A stretch of 64,000 nucleotides of DNA from Bradymonadia bacterium (GTDB lineage: Bacteria; Myxococcota_A; Bradymonadia; UBA7976; UBA1532), in assembly GCA_044376085.1 (NCBI GenBank), contig JBILLN010000005.1, positions 1,125 to 65,124 on the forward strand. Direction: 5' to 3'. Below the pieces are notes generated by a model. That model had not been told where the DNA came from. It was given only the letters and a program-made list of their open reading frames with translations, and did no database searches. The translations under genes were made by a program, and so were the position numbers. Each line of letters begins with the position of its first letter. Position 1 is the stretch's first letter. Below are positions 45,304 to 55,100 of the stretch, one piece after another.

Positions 45304-46161
45304 CTACTTTTGTGACCGACGGCGCGCGATCGCCTGACCCATGCGAATGGTCATCCCGGGTTCGAGCGCCTCGAAGTCGATCTCCCCACGAGCGAACAGG
45401 ACGATGGCCGTGGATCCGAGGTGGAAGACGCCGAGTTCATCGCCGCGCCCGATGGTGATCGGGGGGGCGTAGGTCTTCGAACCGCCGGGCCCCCCACGGT
45501 TCGTCGCGACCGCGTCATCGTACGTCGCGGTAATGTGTCCGACCGAGGTGGCACCGACCATGATTGTCGCAACCTCACCGGCAGGGCCACGAACGAACGT
45601 GACCAGACGTTCGTTCACGCAGAACAGATCCTCGATGTTCTCGACTGCAGCGCGGTTCACGGGCCAAAGGTGCCCGGGCACGTGGCGCGCCTGGAAGATC
45701 TCGCCCTCGACCGGGTGGTGCACGCGGTGGTAGTCGCGCGGACTGAGGTAGATCGTGACCCACGCACCATTCTTGAAGCGCTCACCATCTGCGGTGTCGG
45801 CCAGGAGCTCGTCGAGGCGGTAGTGTCGCCCCTTGGCCTGAAGCAACGTGCCGTCTTCGACGTAGCCGAAGTTCAGGACGCGGCCATCGGCCGGCGAGAC
45901 CGCAACGCCCGGACGTCGGTCGACGGGCCGGGCGCCGAGACGAAGGCGCCGGACGAAAAACGAGCCGAGCGAGTCGAAGGAGGACAACGGCTGCTCGGTC
46001 TCTTCGAGGTCAATGTCGTACAGCCGGGCAAAGGCTCGCACGCTCAGCTGCGCGATCGGTTTCGGAAGCGGCGCGTGAGCAGCAGCGCCGATCACGCGGC
46101 TCCAGGCGTTCTTCGGCAGCAGGCGCAGCGCGCCGAGGTAGAGGGCGTCCTTCACGGTCAC
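45304..46161 (-). CDS. psd: Phosphatidylserine decarboxylase proenzyme
   Basis: YLSPRDYHRVH and the FHLGSTAI self-cleavage site are present. The N-terminus LRLLPKNAWSRVIG resembles E. coli Psd. GTG at 46161 overlaps the giant-TPR stop as GTGA. Confidence 0.9.
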   Translation of the reverse strand: MTVKDALYLGALRLLPKNAWSRVIGAAAHAPLPKPIAQLSVRAFARLYDIDLEETEQPLSSFDSLGSFFVRRLRLGARPVDRRPGVAVSPADGRVLNFGYVEDGTLLQAKGRHYRLDELLADTADGERFKNGAWVTIYLSPRDYHRVHHPVEGEIFQARHVPGHLWPVNRAAVENIEDLFCVNERLVTFVRGPAGEVATIMVGATSVGHITATYDDAVATNRGGPGGSKTYAPPITIGRGDELGVFHLGSTAIVLFARGEIDFEALEPGMTIRMGQAIARRRSQK

Positions 46162-49100
46162 TCCAGGCCGGCCATTGCCGCCTTGCTCGCGGCGTGCTCA
46201 GGGTCGTACCCCAGCGCACGATTGAACATGTCCTTCGCCTTCCGCGGGTCGCCCAGCTTCAGCCGCAGAATGCCCAGGTGATAAAAGATGTCCACCCGCT
46301 GCTCGTTGGACTCGATGTTCATCTGGTGCAACAGCATGGTCTGGAAGATCTTCAGCGCTTTGTCCCAGTTCTCCTTCCGGAAGTGCAGCTTCCCGAGTCG
46401 GAACAGGTTCGGCAGGTAGGTCGCGTCGTAGTCGAAGCACTCGGTGTAGTACTGCAGGGCGGCCGCCTCGTCGCCCTTCTCCTCGGCGACGCGGCCCATC
46501 TGGAAGTTGTACGTAAAGAGTTCCTTGAATCGACGCTCGCCCTTCAGGCGCTCGATGGTCTTCAGGAGCACCGGCTCGGCGTCCTGGAACCGACCAGCGC
46601 CGAGGTAGGCTGCCAGCAACGCGTCGTTGACCTTGCCGTCGGTGGGCGCCAGCGTCGCAGCCTCCTCGAGCGCGACGATGCGTCCGGCGGCGTCGTTCTG
46701 CTTCTCCGCCAGGGCGGCCATCTGGAGAAGCACCGGCACCCGTTCCTTGCCTTCGAGCCCGGCGCGGCGCTGCCCGAGCAGTGCGAAAGCCTCTGCGTCG
46801 TCCCCGGCCGCTTCGGCCATGCGCAGCAACGCGTCGAGCGCTTCGACGTCCTGGGCTTCGGACACCGCCTGGTACAGGCGTTCCTTCGCTTCGGAGACCC
46901 GGTCGAGGCGCTCGAGGTAGAGCAGGCCGAGACGCCGGAGGGCTTCGGCCCGTGCCGCCCCCGGTTCGCCGTGCTCGATGGCTCGCGACAAGGCCGCCGC
47001 GCACTTCTCCCACTCTCCGCTCTGCTCGTGGAGCCGCGCCAGGACCGTGAGGGCACGAAGGTGATTGGGTTCTGCGTCGAGAACCTGGTTCAGCGCGGAG
47101 ACGGCCAGCTCGGCGTCCATCAGGTGAGCCTGGGCGACGTCGGCGATCTGCACCAGCGTCGCGACCGTGCCGACGGTGTCGTTGGCTCGGCGGAGAACGT
47201 CGACGTGCTCGCGCAACATGTCCACGAGGTCGAACCAGCGAGACGTCTGGGTATAGAGCCGCTCGAGGTGCCCCACCGTCTCCGTGTCGGCCGGGGCGGC
47301 CGCATGCACCTGTCGGTAGTACTCGATGGCCGACTCGGGGTTGGAAAGATGGACGTCTGCCGTCTGGCCGAGCGCCCGCAGCAGGGGTACCCGGTCTTCC
47401 TCGGAGGTCGTCAGCGTGAGTTCCTTCACCAGAACATCCTGGAGGCGGTCCCAGGACGCCTGGCTTTCGTAGAGTGTCCGCAGCGCCCGCACTGCGTCGA
47501 CGTCGTCGGGCGCGAGTTCGAGGACCTTCTCGAGAGATTCGGCCGCCAGCGTCGGATCGGAGAGCTGGTCCCGCGCGATGGAGGCCATTCGTCGGTGCAG
47601 CATCGCGAGGTCGTCGGCGTCGAACGTGTTCTCGGCCTTGCGGCTGAGGACGCCGTGGAGCGCCGCCCAGTTCTCCGAAAGTTCGTGGAGGTCTTCCAGG
47701 GCCGCCAAGGCCCCCGCGTCCGTATCGTCGAGCGCGAGGACCTCCTCGTAGGCCGCGACGGCACCCGGGATGTCGTTCAGCTTGTCGGCGGAGAGCGCCG
47801 CCAGCAGACGCAGGCGCTCGCGCTTCTCGTCGAGGTCATAAATCAGCTCTGCCTTGCGACGGTGAATCTCCGCAAGTCGCGGCCAGACCTCGGACTCCGA
47901 GTAGATCTCCTCCAGCGCGTCGAGTGCCTTCGCATTGTTCGGGTCGATCGCCAGGACGGCCACGTAGCGCTCCGCCGCCCGGTAGATGTCGCGCAGGCGC
48001 CCCCTGCTCCAGGTCGCGACGTCGAGCAGATCGGCGATCCGCATCTCCGGGTCGCTCAGGCGCGGTTGAACGGCATCGACCGCAGCCGCCAGCCGTTCCC
48101 AGGCGCCCCGCTCCGTCGCCACGCGGACGAGGGACTTGCGGATGTCCTCGTCCAGCGGATTCGCGTCGAACGCCCGAAGGAGACACTCCAGGGCACCGTC
48201 GGCGTCCTGGAGCCGCGTCTCGCGGAGTTCCGCCGAGGTCATCCAGAGGCGGGCCTGTTCGAGGTGATCCGAGGTCAGCTCGATCCGCATTTCCGCCAGG
48301 ATGGCCAGTTTGTCGGCCGCGTTCCGTTCACGGTAGATCGGCTCGAGGACGTCGGAAATCGACGCCCGGTGCTCGAGGTGAACGGCCAGTCGTTCCATCG
48401 CCTCGAGGGCGAACGCGTGTTCCGGACGCTCCCACAGAATCGACCGGTACAGCTCGATGGCCTGCGGGACCTCATTGCGGACCACCTCCAGGAGGTACCC
48501 GAGGCGGAACCGGAGGTCCGTGCTGTCGTCGTCCCCGCCGAGCTCGATCTCTCGGCGGAGGACCTCGATGAGCGCGTCCCAGTCCTGGCGAGCCTGGTAC
48601 AGCCGGTCGAGCGCGCTCAGCGCCTCCCGATCGTATGGGTCACCGCGCAGCACAGCCTGCCAGGCATCGATGGAGCGATCGGGCCGGGAGAGTTTGGCGT
48701 CGTACAGCCGCGCCAGGCGGCGGTTCAGGCCGCGCCCGACCTCCGCGTCGAGCGCCGCGGGGATCTGCTCCTCGTACGCGCCGGCCAGCGCCTCGTGGGC
48801 GCTCAGCTCGTCCGCGAGCTCGTGCAGGGCCCCGACGATCTCTTCGTCGGCCGGATCCTCCTGGAACGCACGCAGATAGCTCTCGAAGGCGCTGCGCGGA
48901 TGCTTGAGAACCTCGTACCGGAGCCTGGCCAGTCGTTTGAGGAGTTCGAGGCGCTCCACCCGGTCGTCGATGTCGAGCAGTTGCAGCTCGTAGACCCGCG
49001 CGAGCAACTCGGGCTGCCCCTTGGCCGCGTAATGGGGTTCGAGCATCCGGCTGGCGCCGAGCCGGTAGCGCTCGTGCCCGAGAAGGCGCTCCAGGGCCGT

Positions 49101-52100
49101 CCGGGCGTCGGTGAACTCCGGATTCCGGCCCAGAATCTGGCCGTAGAGCTCAATCGACTGCTCGACCTGACCCAGATGGTGCTCGAGGACGTCGGCGATT
49201 CGCAGGTCCAGCGCGTCGACGCGGCGGGCGGCCGCGGGCCGTTTGTCTTCGGCGATCAGGGCACGCTCGGTCTCGAGGAGGTCGATGAGCTCGCCCCAGC
49301 GGAGTTCTCGGCTGTAAAGGCGGTCGAGGGCCTCCATCGAGCGACGGTCCCGCGCGTCCGTCTCCAGAACGGAGCGGTAGGTGAGGATCGTCTCGTTCGC
49401 GTCGTTGAGCTGCTCTTCGCAGACCCGAGCGATGCGGAAGAGAATCTCCTTCCGCTCATCGTCGTCCGCAGCGACCTCGAGCTTCTCCCGAAGGACCTCG
49501 ACGAGGAGCGTCCAGTTGCTGGTCCGCTCGTAGAGGCGGATCAACGCCTCGATCGCATTCTGGTCCTCGGGATCCTCCTCGAGGACACGACGGTAGGTCT
49601 GGATGGCCTGGTCCGGGCGATCGAGAACGTCCTCCCAGATCTCGCAGATCCGGTAGAGGAGTTCCTTCTTCTCCATGACGTCCCGCGCGAAATCGGCCTT
49701 CCGCGACAGAACCGTGACGAGGTCGTGGTAGCGCCGTTCGGCCGCAAAGAGGCGTTCGAGGGCGTTGAGCGACTCGGCGTTGGCCTCGTCGATCAGCAGC
49801 ACCCGCCGGTAGCAGTCGATCGCGCGCTCCGCATCTTTGAGGCGGTGATCGTAGGTCCGCGCGACCTTCAGCAGAATCTGAGTCGCGCCATCGAGATCGT
49901 CGTACCCCTCGATCCCGCTCAGATACGCCTCGACGAGCGGCTGCCAGGCACCCTCGGACTCGGCGAGCCGGTCGAGGTCGCGCTGCAGATCGAGGTTGCC
50001 GTAGTCCTCGGCGAACGCGCGGGCAAACGCCTGGAAGGCGGCCGCCGGCGCCGCCAGCTTCTCCTCGTAGGTCTTGGCGATGCGGACCAGCGTCTCCAGT
50101 CGCCGCCAGCGGTCGGTCTCGGAACCGAGTTGCACCTCGAGGGTTCCGATCCAGTCGTGCCACTGGCCACGCCCCTCGTAGATCGGCTCGAGGACCTCGG
50201 CGACCTTGCGGCGCAGGGGATGGTCGGGCGCTCTGTCCGCGAGCTCGAGGATCATGCGCTCGAGGGCCGCCAGCGACGGCTCGTGGTCGGGGACTTCGTC
50301 CCGGAGGACGCCGTGCCAGGCGTCGACGGCCCCTTCCGGATCGCCGAGGCGCCCCTCGAGGACTTCGCCGAGTCGGTGCAGCAGGGCGGCACGCGGTCCC
50401 GGCTCCGTCGCGAACCGGATTTCTTCGCGGAGCAGGTCGGCGAGATCCGGCCACTGTTCGCGGGCCGTGAAGAAGCGCTCGAGGGCTCTGAAGGCCTGCG
50501 GATTGTCGTTCTCGATCTCGAGGACCTGCCGCCAGATGCCGATGGCCCGCGGCACATCGTCGAGGACGTCCTCGAGCAACTGGCACACCTTGAAGAGCAG
50601 ACCCTTCTTCTCGTCGATGTCGGTGGCGTCGTCCGCGAGCCGGAGGTACAGCCCGACGAGATCGTCCCAGGCGGCCGTCCGGCTGTAGAGCTCGATGAGC
50701 GCGCCGACCGCCGCGCGGTTCTCCGGCTGAAGTCCGAGAACCTCCTGGTAGACGGCACGGGCGGCCGCATCCTGGCCCCGCTGGAACTCCTCGGTGAGGC
50801 CGAGCTCGAGCAGGAGGGCCACCTTCAGATCGACCGCGTCGAGACCGTCGATGACCTCGCGAAGGAGGCCGGCGAGCGCGTCGAAACGCCCCGCCTTCTG
50901 CGCGAGTCGGCGCAGGGCCTCGCGGTTCTCCTCGTTCTCCGGCTGAACGTGCAGCACGCGCCCACAGGTCTCGAAGGCCGCAGCCGCGTCCCCGAGACGG
51001 GTCTCCTGGAGCCGTGCGATTTCGCGGAGGACTTCGACCCGCTCGATGGGGTCCTCGCGCAGGTTGGACTGCCGAACCTCGAGGACGCGGACCAGCCGGA
51101 CATCGTCCCCCTCGGCCCGGTAGACCGGTTCGAGGATGGCGCCGACGGCCATGCGCTCGACGCCGACGGCCGCTGCGGCCTCGTCCGATTCGAACAGCGC
51201 GTCGAGGGCGCCCCGCGTCGCGGCGTGGCCCGGAAGGTCCTGGAGAATGCCGGAATACAGGTCGAGCGCCCGAGGTCCTTCGGAGAGGAAACGCTGGCAC
51301 GTATCCGCAAGCCTGAATTCGATCTCCGCCTGCGCGGCGCGGTCCGTCACGATGGAGGCGCGATGCTCGTAGAGCGCGGCCACCTCCGGCCACCGCTCGG
51401 ACGTCGAGAGAAGCCTCTCGAGTTCGTCCAGCGAGAACGCGTCGCGGTCGTCGATCAGCAGAACGCGTCGATGCGTCTCGACGGCGGCCGGCAGGTCGGC
51501 AAGGCCGGTCTCGCACAGATTCGCGATGTGGTAGAGCAGCAGCTTGCGCTCGTCGGCATCGGCGGTGAGCGCGAGTTTCCGATCGATGATCTCGATCTGG
51601 TCCCCCACGTCCCCGGTCTGCTCGTAGAGGGCCTCGAGCGCATCGAGGGCGGCCAGGTTCTCCGGCTCGATCAGCAGCACCTCGCGGTACTCCTCGATGG
51701 CCCGGGCCGCGTCTTCGACCTGGTCGCGCAGGATGGCCGCACGCGTCGAGCGCAGCGCCACGGCCCGCCCTGGCGCGATCACGACGCCTTCCCCGAAGAG
51801 CTCGACCAGGGCCTCCCACGCGCCGACCAGCGAAGCCAACCGAACCAGTTCGTCTTCGAACTCGGCGCGCGCCTCGCCCTGACGCCACGCCTCGGCCAAG
51901 GCATTCAGGGCCGCGCCCGGGGCCTCGAGTCGCTGTTCTTCGATCTCCGCCACGCGGACGAGCGTCGCGACCCGCTCCGTCGCTTCGTCCAGGTCCTGGA
52001 GCGTGCCGAGGAGCACGTCCCGGAGACGGGACCACTCCCCCGCACGCTCGTAGATCGGGGTCAGAATCCGGGCCGCCGTCAGCCGAACCTCGGGCGTCTC

Positions 52101-55100
52101 CAACAAGGCTTCGAGGGACTGCCGGGCGCCGCGGTGCCCCGGCGTGCGCGTCAGCACCGCCCGGAACGCAGCGATCGCGCGTTCCGGATCGCCGAGTCGG
52201 GTCCGGAGGAGCTCACCGGTCCGATACTCGAACTCGTCCTGGGTCTCCGCCTCGGCCGCCAGCGCGCGTTCCCGCTCCAGAATGTCGAGAAGATCGACCC
52301 ACGAACCGAGGGTCTCGAACAGACGGTCGAGGGCTCCGAGCGCCGCGACGTCCTGCGGGTCGTCCGTCAGGACATCCTGGTAGATCCGCACCGCCTCGGT
52401 CGGACGCTCCAGGCGAGTTTCCGTGACCTCGGCCGCCCGGAACGCCAATCGCTTTCTGGACTCGAGTCCGTCGCTGCGCTCGGCGTGGTCGAGCAGGACC
52501 GCGACGAGGTCCGACCAGCGCTCGACGCCCGGATACAGGCGCTCCAGGGCTTCGTGGGCCCGCAGGTCCGCCGGCGTGATCTCCGTACGAATGTGCTCGA
52601 AGGTCTCGATCGCGAGGTCCGTCCGGCCCAGGAGCGTCTCCTGCAGTTCGGCCAAGCGGAACGCCAGGGCCGCGCTCTCCGTCGGCGTGTCGGCGAGGCG
52701 AACCCGTGTCGCCACGACCTCGACGAGTGCGTCGGCATCCCCCACCCGCTCGAAGAGGCGGTCGAGACTCAGCAGGGCCGCGGCGTCCTCGGACCACTCC
52801 TCGAGGATGCGGCGGTTGTAGCCGATCGCCAGCGTCAGATCGCCGACCTTGGTCTCCTGAATCTCGGCCACCCGACCCAGCATCTCGCGGCGCAGCGCCG
52901 GTTCGAGGTCGAGCGCCCGGTCGTCGTCCAGGCCCTGCGCCAGCACGTCACCCAGTTCGGCCCACGCCTCGAGGTTCGCCGCGAGGCGGCTCATCTCGGC
53001 CAACAGACCCGGCTCGCCGTAGGCCTCACGGAAGGCCGCGGCGTACTCGGCGAATGCCGTCCGCTGCGCGCCGTCGCGCGCCTCGGACAAACGCGCGATG
53101 CGGGTGTGGAGCTCGACCCGGTCTGCGGGTGAAGTGGCATCGCCGAGTCGGACCCGACAGATGCCGATCTCTTTGCGCCAGTCGTCCCGCGAGACGTAGA
53201 TCGGCTCCAGAACGTCACACGCCCGCGTCCGAATCGCGACGTCCTCCGGACGCGCATGGGCCCCGAGAAGGTGCTCGAGGGCTTCGACCGTGGGATCGTG
53301 GTCCGGCGCCAACACCAGGACCTCGGCGTATCGCTCGAGCGCCTCTTCCACGCGTCCGAGATGGCGCTCCAGGACGAGCGCGAGCTGGTAGGTCAACGGT
53401 ACCCGCTGCTCGGGCGAGGCATCGGTGAGCCGACTCGAGAGGAGATCCGCCAGCTCGCTGAAGCGGCCCGTGTTCCGGAAGATGCGCTCCAGAGCAGCCA
53501 GCGCGCGTTCATCACCCGGTGTGGCCTCGTGAATGCGCCGATAGGCATCGATCGCGGCCTCGGGGTTCTCGAGCACCTCTTCGAGCAGATCACCGATCCG
53601 GAAGAGCAGCGCCACGCGGGCCGAAGTGTCTTCGAGCAGCAGCAGCTTGCGCTCGCAGATGTCCACCAGGCGAGGCCAATCCTCGAGCCGGGTCGTCAAG
53701 CGGTCCACGGCATCGAGGAGTTCGAGGTCGTCACCGACGGCGCCGAGGACGCGGTCCAGAACGTCCCGGGCGTCGGCGAATCGGGCGAGGCGTTCTTCGA
53801 GCAGCTCCGCGTAGCGGCGGCTGTACATCGCGGCCAGCGGGACGTCCGCCCCCGCCTCGGCCCCGCCGAGCGCGAACCCGCCGTAGAGGCTGGCCAGCGC
53901 GTCCCACGACCCGAGTTCGCCCGCCAGCCGCTCGAGTTCCCGCCGGACCGAACCGTCCTCCCGGTCCTCGCCGAGCAGCCGCTGCCACGTCTGAAATGCC
54001 CCGCGCGGATCGGAGAGCTGCTGTTCGCGCAGATGGGCGACTTCGCGGAGGACACGGCAGCGGAAGGCCGGATCGTCGGAGCCTTCCACCTGAAGCTCCA
54101 GCACCTGGCGCAAGGAGGACCACTTCTCCGCGCGACGCATCTGAGGCTCGAGGACCCGCGCGGCGTCCGCGGAGAGGTCCGTCTCCAAGAACCGCTCGAG
54201 CGCGTTGATCGCGCCGAGGTGGTCGGGGACCTGGTCGAGCACGGCCGCGTACCGGCCGAGAGCCGATGCCGCCATCCCGCGGCGCTCATCGAGCTGGCCG
54301 AGACGGAAGAGCAGGGCGGCCACATCGGCGACCGCCGTCGTCAGCGCCCGTTCGGCCTCCACCCAGCGTGTGATCGCCGCCAGATCCCCCCCGCGCTCGG
54401 CAATGCGCTGCAGGCCGCGGATCGCCTCGAGGTTCCCCCGGTCGAGGGCATGCAGCTGTTCCCAGGCCGCCTGGGCGGCGTCGGCGTCGTCCCGGACCGT
54501 CTCGTGGAGCTGCCCGATCTCCGCCAGGATGGCGGCCTGCACCGGGAGCGCCTCCGCGAGCTCGAGCTGTCGCGTGTAGACGGCGAGGAGTTCATCCCAC
54601 TGTCCGAGGCGCTTGTACAACGCCACGAGAGCGTCGAGGACCTCCGGGGCGTCACCCGCCAACGCCCGGATGCGCTCGAGATGCCCGGCCGCGTCGGTGA
54701 AGCGTCCCAGTTCCTCCGCGCAGGCCTCGGCCAGGACGCGCCGCATCCGCACCTCGACCTCGACGGCCGGGTGAGCATCCGCAAGCCCCCCGAGCAAAGT
54801 GACGAGGCCTTCCCAGTCGCCCACCAGCGCCGCCGTGCGGCGGGTCTCGATCAAGAGATCCGAGCGCTCGGGCGCGGCTTCGAGCGCCCGCGCGAAGTAG
54901 GCGAACGCGTTCGGCAGGTCGCCTCGACGGACCTCGTGGACCTGCGCGAGATCGATCATCAGCGCGACCGGATCCTCCGGATTCTGGCGGAGCAGAACCT
55001 CGAGGACGGCGACGAGGGCGTCCCACGCGCCGACCTCGACGTAGTGCGGCGCCAGCGTGCGCGCCGCCTCCACGTGGTCGGGATCTTCGGAGAGGACGCG